Below are positions 24,747 to 37,276 of a DNA stretch of 64,000 bases, one piece after another; the stretch's first letter is position 1, and each line of letters opens with the position of its first letter. Source of the DNA: Eledone cirrhosa. Taxonomy: Eukaryota. Where the stretch lies: assembly GCA_964016885.1 (NCBI GenBank), contig OZ024741.1:70866001-70930000 (forward strand), written 5' to 3'. The notes beneath the pieces were generated by a model that saw only the letters and a list, made by a program, of their open reading frames with translations, searched no databases and was not told where the DNA came from. The position numbers and the translations under genes are program-made.

Positions 24747-25207
24747 GTAAAGAAGTGAAGGAGAGGGGAGCACCTTCTCCATGTGCTCCCCGGGCAAAGG
24801 ATTGCACACTTTTTCGGGAGTGTGTGCAACCCCCATCACGTCCCCTCCCTTTTGAGGTTGTTTTTGATTATTTTCATTTTATACCTTTTTTACTCGGTTT
24901 TATGTAAACTCCCCCTTTGTATTTGTCCCCTCTTTTTATACCTTTATGGTAAATAAAGAAATATATCTATCTCTCTATCTATCTCACTATCTCTCTTTCT
25001 GCCTGACGCGTGAAACATCGGCGGTAAGATTTTTTCTAAATTTATATACGAAAAACAGAACAAATTGTTTAAAAAAACATTATTTTGTAGATTAACCCCG
25101 AAGCTGAATTGTCAGCTGGGTGGTAATCCCATTTTTCGCCCCTTTAGGGGAGAAAATTTTATTTAAAAAATTTTATTTAAAATATCAGATTTTACAAACT
25201 AAATAAC

Positions 25208-27054
25208 TTGAACAACACAAGAACGCTGGAGAACGTCAATAGAGAAAAGAGAGAGAAAGATGCAGATATTAACGTTATATCTGCTTCTGCTACTATGGAC
25301 GTCGCCATATATACGACTGTCAACAAAGAGGAAAAAATATTACCACTTGAAGATTTTAAAATTTCTACCGTCGAAGCGGAGAAAAATAACAATAACACAC
25401 AGGAAAACACAGGAATTAAACCCATTAACATACATACATATGAAAAAGACATCAACAACTCCACAGATACATCTACACAAAGTTTCACCTCGTCAAGGAA
25501 CTGAGATTTCCAACACCGAAGCTGACAACGATAACAACAACAACAACAACACCACGCAAAAAGAGATAATGTCTTTCGCTGAAACAGTGAACAGAAAACA
25601 AGATTTTATAAATCTTGATATCTCCAACGCAAGAGATATGCTCCAGAAAAAGGTGGGTTTAGAATTAACTCACCGCTTGAAATAAAGGAAGACACAATTC
25701 GCAGATCAGTCACCTTTAGGACTGTGTCAAATTCCACAAGAAAGCCGACATTTGTTAGCCAAGCAGATATAGAAGCTACTTTCAAGGAAATTCTAGCAAA
25801 TATCGATTTTCTCCAGTGAGGAAAACAGTACGGAAGTGTTTCCATACTGTTTAAAAGCGAGGCACTCGCCTAAAAACATTCTGTGACACCAATGGTGTCA
25901 AAAGCATACACCTTTTTCCCTACATACATGGGAAAAAGGACACAAAAAATAAAAATAAAAAACATACCCCCAAACATTAACATCTGGTGGATCTTGGCTG
26001 GCTTCGTAGAGCCAGAAACTGATATGATTCTTTCGATACGAAAATCTATTCGACAAAGGTGGGCGGGTACTGATTTGGAGATTCTGTTGCAAATGAAACC
26101 GGCGAGAATCTCCAAAATACCCGAGTCGTCATCGATAATAACAACAAAATAAACATTTCGGTAGAAGGACGAAAATTTCATTGCTTTCGCTGTGGTAGCA
26201 CAGCACACCTAAAAGCCTCTTGTCCACAAACACACAACAACAACATAATTAAAAAAACACTATGACCAACACCAACACCAAAACAACCACCACAAGTACA
26301 ACGACAGACGAAACGAGCAACCACACCAAAACAAACAGACACTCAACCAACAACAACAGAAAAAACAGAGACAACACCCCTGAAGAACACAGCCCCACTC
26401 CATCAAACACTACCACAAACACACACACCGAAACACCACCACCACACAACATACCCCTACCCCACACACCTGACGATGATTATTCATCGACGGATGAAGC
26501 TGCTTCTCCTTCTTTAAGTGAAGAAGAGGGAGAACCGCGGAAATCTAAAAAAAAAAAAAAGAGACACCACAAAACCCCAATCACCAACACCAACATACAA
26601 CCACAGATACAAACAATAACACAAACACCACCACAGTCAAACATCCCCCTATCAGCAAAACCAGCACCAACACCACCCCGAACACAAGCACCCACCATAA
26701 AAAGAAAACTCCCGGACGAACAACAAACTAAAACAACACAACAAAAACACAAACATCAATACGCAAACATCAACACAAACAACAAGAGTTTGATGGAGGT
26801 CATCTCCCAAAACCCCAGGTGGAGACGGAGGGCAAAACTTTCGTCAAGGCAGAATCGTCTCCACACCTTAAACTTATAAGGATTTCTATGGAAACCTATA
26901 ATGACCTAAAAAATAAATTTTCACAGGACGTGGGCAACCCCTGCCACAAACCCATCAACCGCGTCCTGTTAAAATGTTTCCCCACCCACCCAACACCCCA
27001 TCCAGCACCCAAATGGAGATTGAACAACTCGATCTCCAGGAAACGAAAAGGTAA
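25208..27054 (+). pseudogene. ORF1 of Tx1 copy B, fragmented
   Basis: Fragments homologous to copy A ORF1: FFPTYMGKRTQKI, EGRKFHCFRCGSTAHLKASC knuckle, KPINRVLLKCF and MEIEQLDLQETKR*. Confidence 0.75.
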
Positions 27055-27095
27055 GTGCACCTTTCGTCCTTTTTCTCCAACTTTTCTTCACCAAC

Positions 27096-30000
27096 ATGGC
27101 TAATTTACGAGTTGGAACCGTAAATATGCGTGGCCTAGGGATGCCCTGGAAACAGAGCCAACTTTTAAACGACCTTAGGTCACACAGTATGGATGTGATA
27201 GCCATCACCGAGTCCAGGATCCACAACAGGCAGCAACTAACCCCCATCTTCGACGACTTTGAGATCTACGCATCTCTCTGTCAGCCAGGAGGTGGAGTGG
27301 CTGTCATGTTTCGGAAGAACCTGGACGTCGAAGTACAGCAAGTACACTTCCCGGAGGGTAGACTGGTAGTACTAGACGTGAACAGTATTGGAGGTGGAGC
27401 CTTCAGACTGTGGCCGTTTATGCCCCGACCGGGCAATCGCAATCACGGCCAGACTTCTTTAAGCGTCTAGAGTCTTTTCTGGGAACGTCTCGCTCCTTAC
27501 TTTTAGTAGGGGACTGGAATGGTATCCTAGATGCACGATGGGACTATGTGGGAGCATGTCCCAGTAGAGCGGGGTGCAACAGCGTCAAAACTTTAATCGG
27601 CCAATTCCAACTGGCCGATAGGTATCGATTGGATTTCCCGACTGCACCACAGTGGACGTGGGCAAACCAGAGTGGGACATCTAGATCGTATTTAGATAGG
27701 TTCTTCATTAGAGAAAGGGACAAGGAGATGTTAAGCTGTCCACGAATGCACATGGTTGCCTATTCAGATCACAAGTTAGTCGTCTGCTTAGTCAACCGTG
27801 ATAGAATACATAGACAGTGACCCAGATACTGGAAGCTGAACGTGTCGTTGCCGGCACGTAAAGCTTACAGTGAACGGATAAGTAGACTAGTCAAGCAACA
27901 ATAGATGGTGGTACTCTCTCAAGAAAGCAATTAGAATAGAATTGATAGGTTATAGAGAAAAACAAAATAGAAAGAGAACTAGTAGCCAAGATAGAGGAGG
28001 CACTTAGAAGTGGCAACGCGGCTAGAGTGTTAGCGTCGAGAACGGCACTGGACCAGTTCTTCGATACGAAACACGAAGGCTGCGTGGTCAGAAGCAAAAC
28101 ACGTGCTCTAGGAAACGAAGGAGCGAAAGCTGTCAGCTGGGCCCGAGTGGCGGAGGCAAAAAGTAGCAACAAGTCCACGATTCGGTCTTTGAAAGACCGA
28201 AACGGATGCGTGCTACTTGACCCCAAGCAAATGTGCGCGGCCTTTCAGCGGCACTTTGCGCGACTGTTTGAGCAGAACGACGGTGAGCCGAACGGGGCAA
28301 TGGATTTAGTTCATACCTCGGCGGCCTGCTGCGTCTCTCGAACATGGACGCCGAGTTCTGCAAAAGACCGATCACGGACACTGAGATACGGAACGCTCTG
28401 GGCCGCTGCGGGAAACGTAAGTCACCCGGTCTAGATGGTCTACCCTACGAGTTTTACATAGGCATGCCGGACTTGTTCTCTGGCGTCCTCGAAGCCGTCT
28501 ACTGCAATTGGCAGCAGAACGGGAGAATTCCCAGTTCTGCAGGCAAGGGCGTAGTAACGCTGATCAGGAAAGACGAGAACAAGGGGGACGAAATTAACAA
28601 CTTCAGGCCCATAACTCTGCTCAACACAGAGTTAAAGATTTTGGCCAAGGTGCTAGCGACGAGGTTGACGCTTGTCGTCGAGAACCTGTTAGGGAAAGCG
28701 CAAACGTGTGCAATCCCGACCAGGTCCATACACGACATGCGATACATCATAGAGAGGGTGTGTAGTAAACCCGGCTTCAGTGGGGCTCTGATCAACTTGG
28801 ATCAGTCTAAGGCATTTGATAGGGTCGACCATAGATACTTGGAAGCGGTTCTCAAGGCAGCCGGTTTCGGTCCCGTGTTCAGAGGATGGATCAAGGCGAT
28901 GCACACCAGCATCTGCTCGAAGGTCAAGGTGAGCGGAGCCGTTCGCAATCACGCATTCCATTCGACAGGGGTGCCCTCTCTCCTCCATTCTGTATGTATT
29001 GACTCTAGAGCCACTACTGCGGAAATTGGAGCTGTTGCAGGGCATCCCTCTAGAACCGGGACTGCGCAAAGCGGCGTCGGCTTATGCCTACGACGTGACG
29101 GTAATGGTGTCGAGCACCTCGGAATTCGGGGTGATCGGCAACTTACTGAAAGAATACGAAACGCTGACGGGAGCAAAACTAAACCCGGACAAGTCTGTCG
29201 GTTTGCAACTCGGTACGTGGAGAGGCAAACCGATGACGTCCGACAGCGTCGTTGGACGCTGGACGGACGGACCGGTGAAATTGCTCGGGCTCTGGTTCGG
29301 TCCAGACCTCCAGGTGGAGAAAAACTGGAACGAGGTAACGGCCAAGGTGTTTGAACTCACCCAGAAGTGGGCAGAGTGCAAACTGTCCTTGAAAGGTCGA
29401 GCGGAGGTGGCGAACACTTTCATAGCGTCCGTCATCTACTACCGCTTGACTGTCGTGCCTTGTCCCCGTAAACATCTCGCCAAGATGGAACGCATGCTCT
29501 TCCAGTTTCTGTGGAAGAAGCAGGCTCCGCTGGTGAGGAGATCCGTCTGCTGTCAGCACCCTTCCAACGGAGGGCTGGGAATGCCGTGGCTGATGATGCG
29601 CAAACATGCGCTGAGGCTGCGGCATCTCCAGGTATTCCTCACAGACCCCCAACCGGTGTGGGCACCGTTTATGAGACAGGCTTTCCCACAGCTCGTCTCG
29701 CTGACGAAGCTGCAGTCCTGGGTCAAGAAAAGACCGAAAACGATGGACGCCTGGCACATTGAATGCGCTCAGGCGCTCATAGTTCTCTGGCAAGCGGGCA
29801 CAGCAATCAGTGGAGACTCCACTTCAACATTCTATAGAGGGATTGTACGTTACAAGGGCGACGACGTGCTCGGAGAGACTCTGGGCGTCGAAGACGATGA
29901 GCTCACCAGTCTGTTTGGTAGGACTTTCCGCCCGGGACCTATGGACAACTTCCAGAGGTCCCTGGCCTGGCAGTGCTACCGAGGAGCTCTACCGGTTCGT

Positions 30001-30467
30001 GACAAGATCTACAGGCACGGACGCAGGCAGGGATCCTTGCAAGAGGACGTGTCCAAGATGCGCGCAGGATATTGAAACAGTCCTGCACGCAATTGTACAC
30101 TGCCCGGGCGTAACCGACCTGTGGAACTATGCAGAACAACTGCTGTCGCGTATGGGACAAATTCAGTTGACTGCCGAGTCCAAAGTAAGGATCAAACCAC
30201 CAGCCTCTTTCAAAAAACGAAAGAGAGGCGGTTTTCCTCTGTACGGTGGCTATGGTGAAAGATGTTATATGGTGGACGAGGTTGAGAGGACTGAGGACAG
30301 ATGCCTTTCTCTCCGGACAACAATTGATTCCCTTCTTTAAGTATCACTTTAGAAGGAAAATCAGGGTGGAGAGAGAGGCACTGCACCCCAGTAAATTTAC
30401 TGAAAGGTGGGTGAATGAAGCGAAAATGGCCCGAGTGATTGGGCCTTCTCTGTTTATAAGCCTGTAG
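27096..30467 (+). pseudogene. ORF2 (EN-RT) of Tx1 copy B, fragmented
   Basis: MANLRVGTVNMRGL, VAVYAP, VGDWN, SYLDRF, YSDH and RT motifs spread across several frames. The catalytic motif is mutated to YAYD. Confidence 0.9.
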
Positions 30468-30722
30468 GTTGAAGAAGAGAGCAAAAGGAAGAAAGGAGCA
30501 CTTGCACAACACGCTCCTGGAGTTGAGTGTTGTTCTACCGATGGGGTATTAAACAATCCATTTGTGGCGCCTCTTCCCTAGTGGGGATTTCGATTGTTGT
30601 AATTGTTTGTTTTTATATTTTTTACACGACTGTATGTAAAATCCCCGGCATGTCTTTGTATTGTCCCCTTTTCTTGTGTGCCCTTGTGGCTAATAAAGAA
30701 ATATATATATCTCTCAATCTAT

Positions 30723-33201
30723 CTTTCAGCGGCACTTTGCTCAACTGTTCGGGCAGGGCGGCGCGCTGGGAGGGGCTACGGATTTCGGTTCATACCTCGA
30801 CGGCCTACCGCGACTCTCGCACAGCGAGGCAAAGTTCTGCGAAAGGCCGATTTCGGCCGCTGAGATAGGGGACGCGCTGAGCCAATGCGGCAAATGCAAA
30901 TCTCCAGGTCTCGACGGTCTACCCTACAAATTTTACGTAGCAATACCAGACTTGTTCTCCGGTCTCCTGGAAGCGGTCTACTGCAACTGGCAGAAGAACG
31001 GGAGAATTCCCACTTCTGTGACCAAGGGCGTAATCACGTTAGTCAGAAAGGACGAGAACAAGGGAGATGACATAGGCAACTTCCGGCCCATAACTCTGCT
31101 CAACACAGAGTTACAGATTTTGGCCAAGGTGTTGGCAAAGAGGCTGGCGCTTGTCGTCGAAAACCTGGTGGGAGAAGCGCAGACATGCGCAATCCCGACC
31201 AGGTCCATACATGACAATCTCCACCTCATGCGATACATCATAGAGAGAGTAGGGTGTAAACCCGGCTTCGGTGGGGCCCTGATCAACTTGGATCAGTCTA
31301 AGGCTTTCGATAGGGTTGACCATCGTTACCTGGATGCGGTGCTCGAGACGGCAGGCTTCAGTCCTGTGTTCAGGAGCTGGATTGCTGCAATGCACAACAG
31401 CAACATCTGCTCAAGGGTCAAGGTGAACGGCTACCTCTTGGAGCCGTTCCATATCACGCGATCCATCCGACAGGGATGCCCTCTCTCCTCCCTTCTGTAC
31501 GTACTGACTCTCGAGCCACTACTGAGGAAGTTGGAGCTATTGCAGGGCATCCCTTTGGAACCGGGACTGCGAAAAGCGGCGTCGGCCTACGCCGACGACG
31601 TGACAGTAATGGTGTCGAACACCTCGCAAATCGGGAAGATCGGCACCTTACTGGAGGAATACAAAAGGTTCACAGGAGTGAAGCTGAACCGGGACAAATC
31701 CGTCGGTTTGCAACTCGGAACGTGGAGAGGCAAACCGATGCCTTCCGATGACGTCGTCGGACGCTGAACGGAAGGACCGGTAAAGCTGCTCAGGGTCTGG
31801 TTTGGTCCTGACCTCCAGATAGAGAAGAACTGGAACGAGGTGACGGCCAAGGTGTTTGCGCTCACCCAGAAGTGGGCTGAGTGCAAACTATCCTTGAAAG
31901 GTCGAGCAGAGGTGGCGAACACTTTTATAGTGTCCGTCATCTACTACCGCTTGACCGTTGTGCCTTGTCCAGCCAAAATACTCACCAAAATGGAGCGCGC
32001 GCTCTTCCAATTCCTTTGGAAGAAACGGGCTCCTTTGGTGAGAAGATCCATCTGCTGCCAACACCCTTCAAACGGAGGGCTGGGGATGCCGTGGCTGACG
32101 ATGCGCAAACACGCGCTCAGGCTGCAGCACCTCCACGTATTCTTCACCAGACAACCGGTGTGGGCCCCGTTCATGAGGCGAGCCTTTCAAAGACTCGTCT
32201 CGCTGACCGAGCTGCAGTCCTGGGTCAAGCAAAGACTGAGGAAAATGGGCGACTGGCACATCGAATGTGCTCAGACACTCACAGCCCTCTGGCAAACGGA
32301 CCCGGCGATCAGTGGAGACTCCACTTCGACATTCTATAGAGGCTTGACCCGCAGCAAGTGCGACGACATGCTCGGAGAAACTCTAGGCGTAGAGGAGGAC
32401 GAACTGGCCAGTCTGTTCGGTAGGAACTTCCGCCCGGGACCAATGGACAACTTCCAAAAGTCCCTGGCCTGGCAGTGCTACCGAGGAGCTCTACCAGTTC
32501 GAGACAAGCTCTACAGACACGGGCGCCCGGGTAGGGACCCTTCGAAAAAGATCTGTCCGAGATGCGTGCGCGACGAGGAAACCGTCGCACACACATTTGT
32601 ACACTGCCCGGGCGTTACCGACCTGTGGGGCTATGTAGAACGACTATTGTCGCGGGTGGGACCAATCCAGTTGACCACCGAGTCCATTGTCATGATCAAA
32701 CCGCCACCTTCCTTCAAAAACGAGTGAGAGGCAGTTTTCCTATGTGTTATGGCTATGGTGAAAGAGGTTATATGGTGGACGAGGTTAAAAGGGCTGAGGT
32801 CAGACACCTTTCTCTCCGGCGAGCAACTGATTCATTTTTTCAAATATCATTTTGGAAGAAGAATCAGGATGGAGAGAGAGGTGCTGTACCCCAGCAAATT
32901 TTATAAAAGGTGGGTGAATGTGGCAAAGATGGCCCGAGTGGTTGGGCCTTCTCTCTATATAAGCCTGTAGGTTGAGGAAAAAGAGGAAGAGAGAAAGGGA
33001 GTACTCACTCTTAGTGCTCCTGGAGATGAGGGTTGTACATTTTTTCGGGGTGTGTACAACCCCTGTGTAACACCTCCTCCCTATTGGGGATTTCAATTGT
33101 TATTTGTTATTGTATTAATAGTTTTATTTTCATATACCTGTATGTAAACTCCCCCTTTGTATTTGTCCCCTTCTTTTGTGCCCCTGTGGCTAATAAAGAA
33201 A
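30723..33201 (+). mobile_element. Tx1-clade element, 5'-truncated copy C
   Basis: Begins mid-ORF2 at FQRHFAQLFG directly after the tail of copy B. Contains RT with YADD and a stop at 32970. The 3'UTR ends GTGGCTAATAAAGAAAC followed by TATC/TC. Confidence 0.9.
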
Positions 33202-34479
33202 CATATCTATCTCTAATATTTCTTTCTCTCTCACACACACAACAGATCATATGTTTAGTTTTATCTTTCTATTTCATTTTATACCATTTATACTGGAGTA
33301 AGACAGCAAATTAGCAAAGTCATTAGAACACTTAATAAAATACTATGTGGTATTTATTCTGGCTCGCTGCACTCTATAAGTTCAAATCTCGCTAAAGTCA
33401 ACTTAGCCATTCAAAGTTTTAGGATCAATAAAAAAAAATGTACCACCCCAGTACTGGAGTCAATTCTTCTACTATATCTCTTGCTTACTTCCCCTCTCCC
33501 ACTCTCTTTCTCTTATTCTCCTTCTCATTCTTTGGAATAAATTGGCTATGTTAGGACTTTGAGGAAGTAGGCTCTGCCAGGTATTTTTGAAATGCGTAAA
33601 ATACATAGTATGTTACTATGGCACCTCAATGATTCCATCAGAAGATCCTGTTCCATATATACATGAGAAACATCTTTGCCTATACCAAACATCTTTGCCT
33701 ACACACTATATGCTTTATAAAGTGGTCAGTGTTAGGAAGAGCATCTAGCCAAAAAAAAAAATGGAACATACGATGTAATCCTACCTATACTTTGAATTCC
33801 TACCTAAACTCACTTCCTACTCTCATTTTACTTTCAGCTCCTCTGTAAATAGCTTGCACTTCATTCAAAAGCAATTCTTCAACATCTAGTTTCGTTAAGG
33901 ACCTTCAGATGACAGATGATGATATGCGGTCAAAGTTTTTCTCTAAATCAACAAAAGGCTTACTTATAGCTAGTCTATATATATGAAGCAATAGCTGAAA
34001 CTTCATTGGTCACAGCTACCGTTTTCTTACAAAAATAAATCATACATTCTACTCAAATGTATTGAGTGCTTATTCAACTAATGGTTGAATATTTTAAGTA
34101 CACTGGTATTTAAAACATCCACTTCAGAACATATATGTGTGTATGTTTCTCTGTTCTTATGTCCTGTAACTTTGCAATTTGACAAAATGAGATCAATAAA
34201 ATATGTACCATACTTCAGAAAAATAGTTACTAGGGTTGATAGGATTGAATAAATCCTTTTATGATAAATTATAATTACTAAAAATCAGTAAAAGACTAAA
34301 AGAAAAAAAGTGGTGCCCCATCATGGCCACAACCAAGTGACTGAAAATAGAAAAGGACTAGAAGAACGAAAATGGTGCTCCAGCATGGAAAAAACTACAA
34401 GAATGAAAGTTGACCTCAGTGGAATTTGAACTAAGAATGTAAAGAGCCTTGTTTTGACCAAAAATGATTTCTACTTTCG

Positions 34480-34965
34480 GCACAAGGTCAGCAATTTGGA
34501 GGAGGGGAAAGTTTCTTAAATCGACTCTGGTACATAACTGGTACTTAATTTTATCAACCCTTGAAAGGATGAAAGGAAAAGTGAACCTCAGATGGGATTT
34601 GATCCAAAACACAACACAAAATGAATTGTGAGTAACAATGAGAAACTTGTGAAAGACTAATTGTGTTAGCAATGTTTATTTGAAAGAAGAAAGCATGAAG
34701 TGCTGTTATAGAGATTACAGGAGGAATGGGAGGAGGAGGAGGGAATAAAAAAAATGAAAAACATAAAAATAATAGATATGGCAATAGACATAAAAATAAT
34801 AGATATGGCAATACATTTGGCACAAGGCCAGCTATTGCCCCAGTCTATTACTGGCACTTTATTTTATCGACCCCGTAAGGATGAACGGCAAAGTTAACCT
34901 CGGCGGGATTTGAACTCAGAATGGCAAGGGCCGTAACTCTGTGCGTCAAAGCATGGCGTCCGATA
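34480..34965 (-). mobile_element. Two family-2 SINE copies
   Basis: Core motif at 34540-34590 and 34850-34920. Confidence 0.7.
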
Positions 34966-35231
34966 TGGCAATAATGGTGACAGCAGGGAATAATTCATTT
35001 AATACTCTATTTGACTTCCAATTATGTATGTGTGTAAATATGTGTGTGTCAACATCTTTTAACGGCTATTTTCTACTCTAGCATGGGTTACATGGGTTGT
35101 CCCATTTAATGCAAGTCAGGTCAGGTGACCGTGTCTTGATCATATAGAATAGTTTTTGGCTTGATTTCTACGGTTAGATGTCCTTCCTAACACCAACCAC
35201 ATTTACAGTGTGTCCTGTGTGCTTTTTGTTG

Positions 35232-35625
35232 TTCATTTTAAGGGGAAATATCTTTTGTAGCTAGCAACAGTACTAGCTCCCTGAACTTTCTCCATCCCAT
35301 TCTTACTCTGGCTACTGTACTTCTGGAACACCCTCCTCAACTGCTAATTTGGTCACCCAGGTAACAGAAACTGTTGACTATTTCTACTTAGCCCAGTTTG
35401 GGAATTACTTCTCTAATTCTGCCATAGTTTCAGCTATAAGGGTTAGATCATCTGCATACAGTCTTAAAATCTTCTGTTATAACCTCTCGGATGACAAACA
35501 AGAGAGGGCTAAGGACAGAGCCCTGATGAACACCTACCTGCATGCTAAATTCTTCACTATAGTCATTGTTAATTCTAACCTTGCTGACTGTTCCTCTATA
35601 CACGGCTTGTACTGCCTTCATAAGT
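35232..35625 (-). mobile_element. Internally deleted RTE RT fragment
   Basis: Minus strand encodes GVHQGSVLSPLLF, YADDL and F.YLGD segments homologous to the 58 kb RTE. Confidence 0.75.
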
Positions 35626-36433
35626 CACTCATATATATATATATACACATACATACACACACACAAGCGCACACACATGTGTGTGTGTGTGTGTGTACGT
35701 ACATAGATGTATACACACACAAACATGACTATATATATATATATATATCACCTTGATCACCTTGACCGACCAGTCTGTCGGGCGCCAATCGCCACCGCTG
35801 GTCACAGCACGTCGTGCTGTTTTAGCCATATATATATATATATATATATACACACAGATATATAATTGTGTGTGTGTCTGTATGTGTGTGTGTGTATCAA
35901 TTATCTGTAATGTATTATGTAATACATAAGAGAGAGTACTGCCATAAGTGTTATATTTAAACATTCTAGATAATAGTAATGATGGAGGAGGGAGGATGGC
36001 GACTAGGAAATGGAAGAAGAAGAAGAAGAAAACAAGTAGCTAGAAGCATGTCATCTAAAGATATAGACATAGAGGCAACAAGGATGTGTGTGAGTGTATC
36101 TTTCTTGTGTGTGTGTGTGTGTTAATTAATATGACACTATATATCATCTTTTAGATAACTTGATACGTATGACATATCCTATTCATAAACATCTGATTTG
36201 TCCTTGCTGTGAAAATTAAACACAAATGTTACACTACAGGTTCCCTCTCTCCCTCGACAGAGATCAATCTGTATTGTGTTATTATCTTCTTAGGCCTTCA
36301 CCATAGAAAGAATTTTCATTCTCATCTTGTATTCACTGACAGATTGGTAGTTTATACAGACTTGGACACAGCTAAATTATTAAGTCTAATTGCATAACAG
36401 TTCTTGTGCTGACAATGTGAATTCATCTATTAA

Positions 36434-36651
36434 TTAACCCTTTAGCATTTTAACTGGCTGTATCCAGTCAGAATTCTCTCACCTCTTTCTGTTCAAACTG
36501 GCCATAACCAACTGCTCATACTTATATTAAGGTATCATTCTCAAAATAAATATCAACATCTCATTGATTCAATATTATGAGAGGTAATTATGTGAAATAA
36601 AGTGTAATATAATAATGTAAATATAGAGTAATGTAAATGCTAAAGGATTAA
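36434..36651. mobile_element. TTAA-flanked MITE, family b
   Basis: TIRs CCCTTTAGCATTT / AAATGCTAAAGGA between TTAA sites. Confidence 0.82.
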
Positions 36652-37276
36652 TAATTGTTTCTACTTTAGGCACAAGGCCAGCAATTATCCAGTGCATTAC
36701 TGGTACTTTATTTTATCGACCCTGTAAGGATGAAAGGCAAAGTCAACCTCGGCGGGATTTGAACTCAGATCGTAAAGGGACGTAACTATGCTGGAAAGCA
36801 TGGCGTCCAACCCTCTACCGATACTGCCAATCCACCACCCTAAAGGATTAATAATGATTTCTAATTTAGGCACAAGGTTAACAATTTGTGGGGAAGGGAA
36901 AGTCGGTTACATCAACCCCAATATGTCACTGGTACTTTATTTTATCAACCCTGGAAGGATGAAAGGCAAAGTTGACCCCAACAGGATTTGAATTCTGAAC
37001 AGAGCTATGGCTAAATACTGCAAACCATTTTGTCTGATAGTCTAACTATTTTGCCAACCCTCCCCCCCAAACACATTAATTAATTAATAATTGTTTCTAC
37101 TTTTGGCACAAGTCCAGCAATTACCCAGTGCATTACTGGTACTTTATTTTATCGACACCATAAGGATGAAAGGCAAAGTTAACCTCGGCAGGACTTGAAC
37201 TCAGAATGGCAAGGGCCGTAACTCTATGCATCAAAGCATGGCGTCTGACCCTCTACCGATACTGCCAATCCACCAT
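36652..37276 (-). mobile_element. Three head-to-tail family-2 SINEs
   Basis: Three consecutive minus-strand copies. The first is flanked by the direct repeat CTAAAGGATTAATAAT (36640, 36840), consistent with a TSD. Confidence 0.82.

Larger units (their letters stand above)
19335..24962 (+). mobile_element. Tx1-clade non-LTR retrotransposon, full-length decayed copy A
   Basis: 5'UTR, ORF1 with CCHC knuckle, ORF2 with APE endonuclease + RT (QGCPLS, YADD) + C-terminal CxxC..HxxxxC. The 3'UTR ends GGTAAATAAAGAAAT followed by (TATC/TC)n. Confidence 0.9.
24998..30702 (+). mobile_element. Tx1-clade non-LTR retrotransposon, full-length decayed copy B (different subfamily)
   Basis: Same architecture as copy A, with many synonymous and ORF1 differences. 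Ends CCCTTGTGGCTAATAAAGAAAT followed by a TA/TC/TATC repeat. Confidence 0.9.

Noticed and set aside
22146-31767. TGG-to-TAG/TGA stops in Tx1 ORF2 (22146, 23607, 31765, also 18988) as sites repairable by A-to-I editing
   Set aside because: The positions differ between copies, and the same copies carry frameshifts, deletions and non-Trp stops. Ordinary transition decay explains them.
18602-33232. Array as an LTR element or a simple tandem/segmental duplication
   Set aside because: The repeated segments are 3'UTRs of divergent non-LTR copies with different truncation points. No integrase, protease, PBS or TG..CA ends.
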